From: Octopus vulgaris
Lineage: Eukaryota
Length of the DNA stretch: 64,000 nucleotides
Direction: 5' to 3'
NCBI GenBank assembly: GCA_951406725.2
Contig: OX597823.1
Span: 61,318,001 to 61,382,000 of the forward strand
Shown piece after piece: positions 13,389 to 26,057 of the stretch. Position numbers and translations under genes: made by a program. The number at the start of each line of letters is the position of its first letter. Positions within the stretch are counted from its first letter, which is position 1. The notes below the pieces were generated by a model. It had not been told where the DNA came from, searched no databases, and saw only the letters and a list, made by a program, of their open reading frames with translations.

Positions 13389-13621
13389 TTGGGTTGGTGC
13401 ATAATAATTGTGGCTTTTTTTCAACAAATTTTATGCATCTAACAAAAACATCTATAAATGATTATTCCGGAGCATATTCACCATCTACTTCAATTACTGC
13501 TTCCCATTTGCTTGGCAGACGGTCAGACTGTCATTTAAAGATGCTTTTTTTAAATATTGTTATTGATTTTGTTGAATAAAATTTGTTGAAAAAACGCTGT
13601 AATAATTATGCATCAACTCAA
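13389..13621 (-). mobile_element. Internally deleted mariner element (MITE-like)
   Basis: ~45-bp imperfect TIRs TTGGGTTGGTGCATAAT... / ...ATTATGCATCAACTCAA with TA on both sides. Internal minus-strand DRLPSKWEAVIEVDGEYAPE* resembles a mariner transposase C-terminus. Confidence 0.8.
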
Positions 13622-13762
13622 TAGATAATATGGTACTGAATATTTACAGTTTAAAATTACTAGAAAATGGTTTGAGATGAACACGACTATTTAGTCTAAC
13701 AAAAGATTCACAAATTTTTCCCCACAGACATGAAAATACTTGATTTTGTTATAGAGAACACT

Positions 13763-15215
13763 GAAAATTGTTAATGTGAAACTTTATGTACCTCGTCAAC
13801 CCAGACGTACTTCTGTAGATCTTACTGCAAATAGATCAAGATAATTCGAGAGATTTTAACTGCAAGAAGTCAGCAGGGAACTAAATAAGTACTTCTATTT
13901 GTCCAGCTTGGAAGAGACAAATATGGTTGCAGGCATCACAAGTTAGGAGAGAAGTGTTATTGGCCATAAGCAAACCCTTTATTGCTTCTCTTTTTTATCA
14001 CTGCATATTTCTGCATGTTACCTTCAAACAAGGCACACCTCAGATTTCTCTCTTCCATTTTGGTCAATCCATCACATCACTCTTCTAGTTATTATGCATC
14101 ATTTCAAAATTCTTTAGAGAAATACATATTGAATCTCTGAAACACAATTTTTGTTTACATTGAGGCCTCTTTGCTCCTTTTATTTGATCATATAACTGTT
14201 GTTTAGGCATGTGTTGATCAGTTTCCTTTATCAGATGGCCAATCCAGTGATGTCTGTCATTGATGAATTTCAGTTTTAAATCCATTCACCCCAGGACACT
14301 CAAGTACTTCAGAATCTAATACTTTGTGTATCAGTCTACTTTTCAGTAGGCAGTTGTGGTCAAATATTTGAAGCTTTTTTAAAGAATTAAAATTTTTATG
14401 CTCAAGTACAATTTGATACAAATATAACTTTGGGCATTTAATATAAAAATTCTAATGTTCAGACCTATGCTCCAAACTTTTGGCCATGACTGTAGAGTGC
14501 AAATATCTCTGATGAAATCATTCTAGTAATTTGATGTGTTTCCTAGGTAATGTCCATGTCTCATATAAGTAAAGAAAGGATGGATGTACACAAGCCTTGT
14601 CCACTGCAACCTTTGTGTTTTTTGATAATATTTCTATTAGACCAAACCTGCCCTTCGAGATTTTTGAAAGCCTGAGATGTTTTTGGAAGACAGTTCGCTA
14701 TTTTATCATCTAACAAACAAACATGATTCAACACATTCCCAAGATATGTAAATTTATTCACAACATTCACCTTTGTATTTTGAAGAAAAATCTCAGGTTC
14801 ATAATACAAGTAGGAAGCTGGTTGAAACACAAGAACAGTTTCATCTAAAGTTATTGTTAGCCCAAAGCCATATAAAATTCATCAGGTTTAAGCATTAGGT
14901 GACGCAGGTCCCTGGTTGAATAGGTTACCTAGTCACAGCCAAGCATTTGCTGAAGATTGGAGATGATATCATTGATATTATGATTGTAGATAATAACTTT
15001 CATTAATATAAGGAGTGTTTCCTTTTTGCTTGACCATAAGAGTGTAATTCTTGCAGTCTTAAGACCATGCGCTTTTCCTTTTATGAGAGCATAAAACATA
15101 TTAGTGTTATGACAACCAGCAGCTGACTGAATATCTTTTGACAGATTCCTTCACCAATTTTCTTTCATACTTCTTACTGCTCTCTGTACCCCTGCTTTAA
15201 CTCATTTTAGTTAAT
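13763..15215 (-). mobile_element. Decayed RTE-clade LINE fragments
   Basis: Minus-strand peptides VNVVNKFTYLGNVL...SQAFKNLEGQVWSNRNI, RHHWIGHLI...MPKQQLY...RPQCKQKLCFRDSI and LTCDACNHIC resemble the RTE RT C-terminal region. Confidence 0.7.
14351..14492. mobile_element. Small Tc1-like MITE nested in the RTE fragment
   Basis: Imperfect TIRs CAGTTGTGGTCAAATATTTGAAGC / GCTCCAAACTTTTGGCCATGACTG followed by TA. Confidence 0.5.
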
Positions 15216-15249
15216 TGATTGTGTAATTGTCAGGCAAAGCTATATAAAA

Positions 15250-15923
15250 GATGGTAGACAGAAGCTGAAAAGAAGCCCATCGTATATATGTATATATTTA
15301 TGTGTGTGCCTTTGTGTCTGTGTTTGTCCCCTCCACCCCATCACTTGACAACTGATGTTGGTATGTTTACATCCCCGTAACTTAGCAGTTTGACAGAAGA
15401 GACTGGTAGAATAGGTATCAGGCTTACAAAAAACAATTCCAGGGGGTCAATTTCTTTGAGAGAAAATTGTTAATGTGAAACTTTATGTACCTCGTCAACC
15501 CAGATATACTTCTGTAGATCTTACTGCAAATAGAACAAGATAATTCGAGAGATTTTAACTGCAAAAAGTCAGCAGGGAACTAAATAAGTACTTCTATTTG
15601 TGACAGCTTGGAACTAAATAAGTACTTCTATTTGTCCAGCTTGGAAGAGACAAATATGGTTGCAGGCATCACAAGTTAGGAGAGAAGTGTTATTGGCCAT
15701 AAGCAAACCCTTTATTGCTTCTCTTTTTATCACTGCATATTTCTGCATGTTACCTTCAAACAAGGCACACCTCAGATTTCTCTCTTCCATTTTGGTCAAT
15801 CCATCACATCACTCTTCTAGTTATTATGCATCATTTCAAAATTCTTTAGAGAAATACATATTGAGGCAGTGCTCCAGTATGGCCCCAGTTAAATAACTAA
15901 AACAAATTAAAGAATAAAAGAAT
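15250..15923 (+). mobile_element. Family A SINE (5'-truncated), split by a ~400-bp duplicated insert
   Basis: SINE body runs to ~15459 and the tail GGCAGTGCTCCAGTATGG...AAAGAATAAAAG resumes at 15865. Confidence 0.8.
15462..15864 (+). repeat. Near-identical direct copy of 13763-14132
   Basis: Base-by-base match with few substitutions, plus an extra ~34-bp internal tandem duplication at ~15576-15643. Confidence 0.92.
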
Positions 15924-15958
15924 GCATGCATGCACATGTAAATATATACATACATATT

Positions 15959-16007
<49 letters not shown>

Positions 16008-16205
16008 CTTTTAGCCTTACATAGTGCAATAACTGTAAGCGAAGTTCATTGACACACAAGCTGTGATAATTGTTTCCAATCTTCCATGCAGATGTCTGGT
16101 TACAGAAAAAATTACCTCAAAGATTTCCATTTAACCTGTGCAATCTTGGAAGAACTTAAATGGTAACAATAAAGATGACAACCTGTCTATACTTGCATGT
16201 GTGTG

Positions 16206-16249
<44 letters not shown>

Positions 16250-16256
16250 TATATAT

Positions 16257-16305
<49 letters not shown>

Positions 16306-16827
16306 TAGACATGTATATATATGTGTATATACATATGTATGTGTGTGTGTGCATGTGTGTGTGTATGCATGCATGTCTGTGTAGATATGTGTTTATATAC
16401 ATATATACATGCGCACTTATATGTAGATATTTAGATATGTAAACACACACACTCATACACGCATGCACTCACACATGCCTACGCTCACACATGCATACAC
16501 TAATACACGCATACACACATACATAGAAAGTGAGATATTTGTGAATAGAATGTTTACATGTTATTTATTACATTTCTCAAACACAAAAAGAAGAAAAATC
16601 GTGAAAGACAGAAAGATAGAATGAAATAATGAGATAGAGAGAGAGTGAAAAAAAAAAGAGAGAGAGAAAGAAAGAGGGAGATAAAGAAAGAGAGAGAGAG
16701 TAAGATAATGAGAAACTGTCCTTTTGGAAAACATACAAAAACCAAACTAACTGATTCATGACCTGAGATATAGGAATATTTCTACTAGGCCATGTATGAA
16801 CTATATTTTCACAAAGTGATTTATGTG

Positions 16828-16935
<108 letters not shown>

Positions 16936-16997
16936 ACATACATACACACACAAACACACACACATACACTATCTAGCCATATATATATATATAATAC

Positions 16998-17070
<73 letters not shown>

Positions 17071-17179
17071 TGTTGAAATGGAAAGATGAATTATCTTGTT
17101 ACGGATTATTCAAAAGTTTAACCGATACCTGGGTAGGAATTCTGTAGAATCTTCGTTCAGCTCCATTTCTTCCATTCAC

Positions 17180-17236
<57 letters not shown>

Positions 17237-17427
17237 ATGATTATTTATTTGTTTATGTGAAATCATGTGTTGAAACAAATATCATTATACTTGGGAATGG
17301 TCATATTTTGCCAATTAAACATGACCTCCATATATTTGGTCTTCAACCTTATTATTATTATTTTAGTTTCTTTGTCAAAGCAATGGCCATCCTCAAATAT
17401 AATGATATATGAGTATATGTATGTATG

Positions 17428-17479
<52 letters not shown>

Positions 17480-17690
17480 TTCGAGACAAAACCACTATTT
17501 TGCAAAACAAACAAGGAAAGACTTAATCAATACATAAAAATTTTAATATAAAATAAATAAACCGCCACTACAATTTTGTCTCGAATTAATATTATATAAT
17601 ATTTTACTATAAAATTGGATTTAATCCTAAATCTGATTTTTTCCCTGTAAATTTGGATTTATTCCCTAATATTTATTATTATATATATAT

Positions 17691-17738
<48 letters not shown>

Positions 17739-17739
17739 C

Positions 17740-18145
17740 TCTTTCTCTTTTACTCTTTTACTTGTTTCAGTCATTTGACTGCGGCGATGCTGGAGCACCG
17801 CCTTTAATCGAGCAACTCGACCCCGGGACTTATTCTTTGTAAGCCCAGTACTTATTCTATCGGTCTCTTTTGCCGAACTGCTAAGTGACGGGGACGTAAA
17901 CACACCAGCATCGGTTGTCAAGCAATGCTAGGGGAACAAACACAGACACACAAACAAACACATATATATATATACATATATACGACAGGCTTCTTTCAGT
18001 TTCCGTCTACCAAATCCACTCACAAGGCATTGGTCGGCCCGGGGCTATAGCAGAAGACACTTGCCCAAGATGCCACGCAGTGGGACTGAACCCGGAACCA
18101 TGTGGTTGGTTAGCAAGCTACTTACCACACAGCCACTCCTGCGCC
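17740..18145 (-). mobile_element. Family A tRNA-derived SINE, full length
   Basis: Minus strand starts GGCGCAGGAGTGGCTGTGTGGTAAG (A box), then GGTTCAGTCCC (B box), CORE-like CTTGGGCAAGTGTCTT, an internal TA/TG tract and tail GACTGAAACAAGTAAAAGAG. Confidence 0.88.
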
Positions 18146-18298
18146 TATATATAAGTATATATAGATATACCTATCTATACACACACATGTATATTATATA
18201 TACATATACGTATATTTGCTCACACAGGCAATTATGTATTTACACATGTACAAGGATGCATACATGCACACACACACATGCACACACACACATTCACA

Positions 18299-18673
18299 GG
18301 TGCATGCATGGCTGTGTGATAAGAAGCTTGCTTCCCAGCCACATGGTTCAGGATTCAGTCCCACTGCGTAGCACCTTGGGTGAGTGTCTTCTACCATAGC
18401 CTCAGGATGACCAAAGTCTGTGAGTAGATTTGGTAGATGGAAACTGAAAAATGCCCATTGTATACACACACACACACATATATATATATATTTGTGTATC
18501 TGTGTTTGTCCCCTCACCATCAGTTGGCCACCTATGCTGGTGTGTTTACATCCCCATAACTTAGCAATATAATAAGCACTACAAAGAATAAGTCCTGAGG
18601 TCGATTCATTTAACTAAAGGCAGTGCTCCAGCATGGCTGTTGTCAAATGACTGAAACCAGTAAATAAAAGAAT
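18299..18673 (+). mobile_element. Family A SINE, head-to-head with the previous copy
   Basis: Same head, body and tail motifs, more diverged. Confidence 0.82.
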
Positions 18674-19332
18674 ATATATATATATATTTATTTATTTATT
18701 TATTTACTTTAATCAAAGACATTCCAAATATGACCAACCATTATATTTTTTGCATATGTGGTGCAAGAAACCAAGGACTATACTATCTAATGTCATTTAT
18801 ATCCTATTCTAAGGTGGTAAGGTGGTATTTGTGGGAAATTCAGCTGCTATTTCTAGCAGATAGTGTGACTACATAGAAGCACTCTTTTTAGCTGATAGTT
18901 GCTGCTACTGTGGATGTTGTTGTTGTTGCTGTTGTTGTTAAAGGTGGTGATGTAGGAATGGTGGGGTCGGTGGTGTAGGGGTGCTGGGGTCAGTGGTGAC
19001 CAAGAAATTAACGAGTAATGAGTAATAACTCTGATTAACACTTGTTGTCTTAATCCTAGTATGTGTCTCTTTGATGATATTTCACCAGCCAGGACATTAG
19101 TTTGCTGTTTCACTATAATTACTTTGTTTGATAGCTGCACACACACACACACAGTGATACATACATATATGCAAGCACATATTCTCATACACATATGCAC
19201 ACATACACATCACATTTTAGTACATGCATGCAAATATGTATGTATCCACACACATACACATATAAATACACAAACATGCACAGACAGACATATACACGTC
19301 CATATAAATATATATATATATATGTATTTATT

Positions 19333-19367
<35 letters not shown>

Positions 19368-19394
19368 ATGTATTTATTTATATATATTTATATT

Positions 19395-19473
<79 letters not shown>

Positions 19474-20000
19474 ATATATATATATGTGCTGGGATACAAA
19501 TGTTCATATACATATGCACATGCACACACAAGATGACACTCACATATAAGGTTACATACATATGCATATGTACACACACATATGGATGCATATATGCAAA
19601 CATATCCTCGCATACAGATATTCGCTCACACAAACAAACACACAGGCAAATATGCATTGACACACATGCACAGGAATGCATACATGAGTGCACACATATA
19701 GGCACATCCACATATACACACATACACACACACATACAAATACTCATACACACACATGCATATGCATACATGCACACACACACACATACATACACACACA
19801 CAAGCAACACACAAGCACAGACACACACACAAACACACACACAGACATACACACACGCACACACACACAACCACACACACACAAACACAGAGAAACACAA
19901 ACACACACACAGGCATATGCACACACAAACATACAAGCACACTCACACAGACGTAGACACACACACATACACAGGCACACACACACACATTATCTTTCAC

Positions 20001-20320
20001 CATTTACTTGTTTCAGTCGTTATCTGGGACACCACCTTGAAGGGTTTCATTAAAATTGAAATCGACCCTAGTGCTTATGTTTTCTTAAGGCAGATTATTT
20101 ATTCTGTAGATCTTTTTTATGCCAAACTGCTAAGGTATGAGAATGTTAACAAACCAACACCGATTGTCAGGCAGTAGTGGGGGACAAATACAAACTCAAA
20201 GATGCACACACACAGATATATATGTGTGTGTATATATGAAGGGCTTCTTTTAGTTTCCATCTACCAAATCCACTCATAAGGCTTTGGTCAGCCTGAAGCT
20301 GTAGAAGAAAGACACTTGCA
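20001..20320 (-). mobile_element. Family A SINE, 5'-truncated
   Basis: TTTACTTGTTTCAGTC tail and CTACCAAATCCACTCA body motif. Confidence 0.7.
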
Positions 20321-20415
20321 TTTGAACTCTAAGCTTAAAGACATGAAATGCCACTAAGCATTTGTCCATCATGCTAACAATTCTGCCAGCTCACCATCTT
20401 TATTGTAATAATGAT

Positions 20416-20476
<61 letters not shown>

Positions 20477-20492
20477 TAATAATAATAATAAA

Positions 20493-21038
20493 TGCCCTGA
20501 TGCTGTACCAGACAGTGGCTCTCATGGCTTCTGATCTTAACTGATTAGAAGTGTTATCATGTACATTGATTTCTCTTGGTGTAAAAGATGGGCTAGAGCA
20601 AATATTCTGCTCAATACCACAGATTTACTTGTCAGTTGTTTGACCTTAACCAGTTGAGCATGTCCCTTAGTGGCTGACAATATGTGCATCTCTGATCATG
20701 AGCAGAAGTAGTGGGGGAGCATCATAGCTGTGTGTAGAAAAGAATTTTTAGAGGTTTGGATAATTCACCTCTGGAAACATGGGTGTTTCGCTCAACATCC
20801 TTAAACAATCTTTATTCAGGGACCTTTTGAACAGGATGGGCTACTCGACATGAAGAAAATTCTAACTGGGCTCCATCTGCAAGGTTATGCACTGTTTATC
20901 TTGATATGAGATGCACATATGGTTGTGATGCATGTGCCTGGTGTACCCTTATCAGACAAGTAGTCATGATGGGTATCCTGAGCTTCATATATTTTACCCC
21001 AGTGTTACTTTGATGGCATGCACTGCTCTCTCACTCAA
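20493..21038 (+). mobile_element. Probable 3' UTR fragment of a (TAA)n-inserting retroelement
   Basis: Complex-sequence block bounded on both sides by (TAA)n and adjacent to an R4/Dong-like piece. No coding motif seen. Confidence 0.45.
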
Positions 21039-21040
21039 TG

Positions 21041-21088
<48 letters not shown>

Positions 21089-21110
21089 TAATAATAATAA
21101 TAATAATAAA

Positions 21111-21826
21111 AAATGAGACCATTGATCATGTTGTCTCCAAATGCAGTCTTCTAGCGCCTACAGAGTACCTCAACAGGCATGATAGAGCTGCACAATATAT
21201 TCACTGGGTAATTTGCAAAACTGGTGGGAACACAATCCACCTCCAGTACTTGAAAATGACCACATCTCACTCCTCTGGAACTTCACCATTCAAACTGACA
21301 GAAAGATAGATGCAAATAGGCCAGACATCATATTGAAAGACATCAGACAAAGAACATGCCTACTCATTGATATGACTGTCCCAATCGATATAAACGTATC
21401 TGTCAAGACCTACCAAAAACTGAGCAAATATAAAGATCTTGAAATAGAAATCAGCAAAATGTGGAAGCTGAAGACTAAAATAATACCTGTTGTCATAGGT
21501 GCCCTGGGAATGATAGCGAAAGGGGCTGATTGCTACCTAACTCAGATACCAGGAAACCCCAAAATGGCAGAAATTCAAAAGATAGCGCTCATGGGAACTG
21601 CTCATATCCTACACAAAATACTCTCTATGTAATCCCAAGGTTTAAAACAAACTTTTTTTTTTAAATCTATGTATTAGACATTCACTAGTACAACACCAAA
21701 AAAAAACCCCAAATATATGGCACACTAGGCATAACAACAACATAAACTTCCAACCTCTTGTCTCTTGAGGTCTCTGGGTGAGACTTGGAGCCAACTTGTA
21801 CAGACATAAAGCAAAAGTCAAACAGA
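21111..21826 (+). mobile_element. 5'-truncated R4/Dong-like non-LTR retrotransposon (restriction-like endonuclease domain + 3' UTR)
   Basis: ETIDHVVSKC...YLNRHDRAAQYIHWVICK, frameshift near 21220, then LWNFTIQTDRKIDANRPDIIL...LIDMTVP...KLSKYKDL...IPVVIGALG; stop at 21632; (TAA)n on both sides. Confidence 0.85.
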
Positions 21827-21846
21827 ATAATAATAATAATAATAAT

Positions 21847-21970
21847 ACGCAAAACACTTTCAATACAGTAACCATCAGAGCATCACAACAAATCACAGCG
21901 CATACCCAAGGCACACAGAGCTGCACTGAGTAGTGAAGTGAAAGCACGCTATAAAAATAAAACTATTGAG
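21847..21970 (+). mobile_element. Short 3' end of another probable (TAA)n-inserting element
   Basis: Begins CGCAAAACACTTTCAATACAGTAA (RKTLSIQ*), which parallels the neighbour's HKILSM* end. Has AATAAA and is flanked by (TAA)n. Confidence 0.5.
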
Positions 21971-21981
21971 TAATAATAATA

Positions 21982-22022
<41 letters not shown>

Positions 22023-23569
22023 TAATAATAATAATGACGACGATGATGATGATGATGATGATGATCATGATGATAACTATTAGCCAGGCCCCTTACAAAA
22101 ATGTGTGGGAAGTGGCACTTAAGTTTGAGAAAAATGATAGAACTAGTGAGAAATGTTATACACTATATGAATAAAATTATAAAGCATAAATATTTGTATG
22201 GAAATAATAAAAAATATTGCTAAAATGCACAATAATTAAAATAAGATATAATTCTTCCAACTAACTCATCACCAATGTAATCATCATCAGTACAAAATTC
22301 TCCCAGCTTCTTTTTTTCTGAGAACTGTGTTAAATCTAAAAAGCTCACAACCACTGTATGAGTGGTTTAAATTGCCTCGTTCTACATGGGAGTCATAGTT
22401 AGTGTTGTTGTTGTTATTGTTATCACTATCTTCAAAATTATTTGTTTGACAGTTTGAAATATTTTTTCTATTAGTTGTTCATTAAATTGCTCATTTTCCT
22501 TCTTTTGGTTCATGCTATTGTATGACTTGTTTTTGTACTGTCTGTCTCAACACATTTGCTATTGTAATGTTTTATTTTTTTGTGCTGTGTTTGTGTCTGG
22601 CAGTCATTTTCAATGAGAACAACTTCTTCCTTCCCTTACATTTGTTCAGGAGTCTCAGAAAAAAGATTATGGATACTGCCCTTTTGTCATCTGAATAAAT
22701 CATAAAGTATATAGAAAAAATATTGGTAACAGACTGGACAGGCTGCAGTATTAGACAGTGAAGGAAATACAAAATAGCTTGACAACCATACAGGACATTG
22801 AAAGAAACATGACATGGCTACTCTACCCTACCATATAGTGAAAAAAAACTTAGCATGGTAACATTTACCACACTGGATAGTGAAAGGAGTACAGTGTGGT
22901 TACATTACAACACTGTACTCCATACAATATACTATTGCATGTTCAAGTGCACAGCATGGTTCTCAACAAGGCAAGGGTGATAATATAATAGACGAACTAG
23001 ATCAGGGATCAAACCAAATCATTAAAATTCCCAAATAATCTGCTCCAACAGGGTTAACTTTTACTACAACAATAGTTGCTATAACACAATCAAACTACAA
23101 CACACCACCACCACCACAACACTGACAATCAACTTTAGCTAAAGTAAGAGCCTCTGTGTGGTTGCTACTAGAAATAGCGACCAGATTTCTCTCAAATCAC
23201 ACCTTAGTATGGTGGAAAAATGCGTTAGATGGATGAGATTATTAAGACGGGGAAAACTTTTGATAATAGGCCTGCTTGATCAGTGATAACCCCTGGAACT
23301 ATATATAATAGGCACAAACACGCAGACCACTTCCTAGCTATGGAGATACACACTGTGCGACACTGTGTGGGACTGTGGCCAAGGCCAACTGTCTTCTATG
23401 AAAGCTTGAGGTCAACAAAAGATATGGAAGTAGATTGTGTGCATTTATGTGTGTGTGTGTGTGTGTGTGCATGTGTGTGTATTGATATATATATATATAT
23501 GCATATATAGGGGTGTGTGTTTGTGTGTGTGTGTATGTATATATGTGTGTGTGTGTGTGTGTGTGTATT

Positions 23570-23905
23570 AAATGATCCCCTTCAATCAAGAATGGCCATG
23601 GGTATTGCACTGAGAAAGTTACCCTCCCAGGTACAAGTCCAGACAAGGTTGTTTATGGAAGACCAGCAGTTGCCCATGCATACCAGCCTCCCATCTTCAC
23701 ACCACCAGTGCTATTCAAAGAAAGGCAAAGACTGATACAGCTTGGCATCAGTAACATTGCAACTCATATCTACAGATAAGTGAACTGAAACAACATGAAA
23801 TAAAGTGACTTGCTCAAGAACACAACACACAGCCTGGTCCTGGAATTGAACTCACTACCTCATAATTATGAGCCTGATATTCAAAGCAATGAGCCATGCA
23901 TCTTC
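23570..23905 (-). mobile_element. Family C tRNA-derived SINE
   Basis: Minus-strand GAGTTCAATTCC B box and TTCTTGAGCAAG; homologous to ~60040-60306 (+). Confidence 0.7.
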
Positions 23906-23919
23906 ATATATATATATAA

Positions 23920-25697
23920 ATATCTGTGTGTATGTCTTTGTCTTTTTTGTCCCCAACTCCACCAGTTGACAATCAGTGTTAGTGTGTTTGCATCTTTGTA
24001 ACTTAGTGGATCAGCAAAAAATGAAAAAATGTCAGGCCTAAAAAAGAAGTATTGGGGTCGATTCACTTGACTAAAAATTCAAGACTGTGCCCCATTATGG
24101 TCACAGTCTAATAACTAAAAGAAGTAAAAGATAAAAGATACAGGCACAGGAGTGGCTGTGTAGTAAGTAGCTTGGTAACCAACCAAATGGTTCCAGACTC
24201 AGTCCTACTGCGTGGCACTTTGGGAGAGTGTCTTCTACAATAGCCTCGGGCTGACCAAAGACTTGTGAGTGGATTTGGTAGATGGAAACTGATAGAAGCC
24301 CATAGTATATGTGTGCGTGTGTGTGTGTATTTTGTGTCCATGTTTGTCCCTCCCACAACCATCACTTGACAACTGATGCTGGTGTGTTTACGTCCCCATA
24401 ACTTAGTGGTTTGGCAAAAGGGACCGATAGAATAAGTACTCGGCTTAGAAAGAATAAATCCTGGGGTCAATTTGCTCGGCTAAAGGCAGTGGCCACAGTC
24501 AAATGACTGAAACAAGTAAAAGAATAAAAAAAGGAAAAGAATATATATAGGCATAGGCGTGGCTGTGTGGTAAGAAGCTTGCTTCCAACCACATGGTTCT
24601 AGGTTCAATTCCACTGCATGGCACCTTGGGCAAATGTCTTCTACTATAGCTTCAGTCTGACCAAAGCCTTGTGAGTGGATTTGGTAGGCGGACACTGAAA
24701 GAAGCCCATCATATATATGTATATGCAAAGGCACATGGCTTAGTGGTTAGGGCATTCAGCTCATGAGCATAAGTTCATGAGTTCAATTCCCAGCGACGTG
24801 TTATGTCCTTGAGCAAGACACTTTATTTCATGTTGCTCCAGTTCAATCATCTGACAAAAATGAGTCATACCTGTATTTCGAAGGGCCAGACCTGTCACAC
24901 CCTGTGTCACGCTGAATTTCCCTGAGAACTGCATTAAGGGTACATGTGTCTGCTGAGTGCTCAGCCACTTGCACGTTAATTTCACAAGCAAGCTGTTCCG
25001 TTGATCATATCAGCTGGGACCCTCATTGTTATAACCAACAGAGTGCTCCTGTATATGTATCTGTTTGTGTGCCTGTGTTTATCCCCACTATCATCGCTTG
25101 ACAATCAATGTTGGTGTGTTTACATCCCTGTAACTTAGCAGTTTGGCAAAAGAGACTGATAGAGTTAGTACTAGGCTTACAATGAATAAGTCCTGGGGAT
25201 CGATTGATTCACCGAAAGGTGCTCCAGCATGGCCACAGTCTAATGACTGAAACAAGTAAAAGATAAAAATATACATACGTATAGGCGCAGGAGTGGCTGT
25301 GTGGTAAGTAGCTTGCTAACCAGCCACATGTTTCCGGGTTTAGTCCCACTGCATGGCATCTTGGGCAAGTGTCTTCTGCTATAGCCCCGGGCCGACCAAT
25401 GCCTTGTGAGTGGATTTGGTAGACGGAAACTGAAAGAAGCCTGTCGTATATATGTATATATATATATACATATGTATGTGTGTGTTTGTGTGTCTGTGTT
25501 TGTCCCCCTAGCATTGCTTGACAACCGATGCTGGTGTGTTTACGTCCCCGTCACTTAGCGGTTTGGCAAAAGAGACTGATAGAATAAGTACTGGGCTAAC
25601 AAAGAATAAGTCGTGGGGTCGATATGCTCGACTAAAGGCAGTGCTCCAGCATGGCCGCAGTCAAATGACTGAAACAAGTAAAAGAGTAAAAGAGAGA
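23920..25697 (+). mobile_element. Head-to-tail cluster of four family A SINEs
   Basis: Copies at ~23920-24135 (3' half), 24143-24541, 24550-25270 (interrupted) and 25284-25697. Confidence 0.85.
24730..25048 (+). mobile_element. Family D tRNA-derived SINE nested in a family A SINE
   Basis: TGGCTTAGTGGTTAG A box, GAGTTCAATTCCC B box and GTCCTTGAGCAAGACACTT; lies within the host SINE's internal TA tract. Confidence 0.72.
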
Positions 25698-26057
25698 GAG
25701 AGAGAGATGTGTGTTTGTGTGTGTGGGGGGGAGGGATGTCTATGTTTCTTTGTCTTGGTATCAAAGGATAGTTGGAAATGAACATCACTGTCATACAAGT
25801 ATTGAGTTCTGGTCAGTTCTAGTCTTGCATGAAATACATGTCCAGCCATGGAGAAATATCGACTTGCTCAGAAACAGGTGAGGGTAGGCCAAAAAAAAAA
25901 GAAACATACAACCTTAGAAAATCTGCCCCTAACTAATTCCATCCAACCTATGCAACCACGGGAAAAGTAGATGTTAAGAAGGCAATGAAGGGATGATGAC
26001 AATCATGATAATGATGATGAGGATGAATATGATGATGATGATGAGGATGAGGGGAGG

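Noticed and set aside
17740-18145. tRNA gene suggested by A and B boxes
   Set aside because: No cloverleaf; the head continues into a multicopy SINE body.
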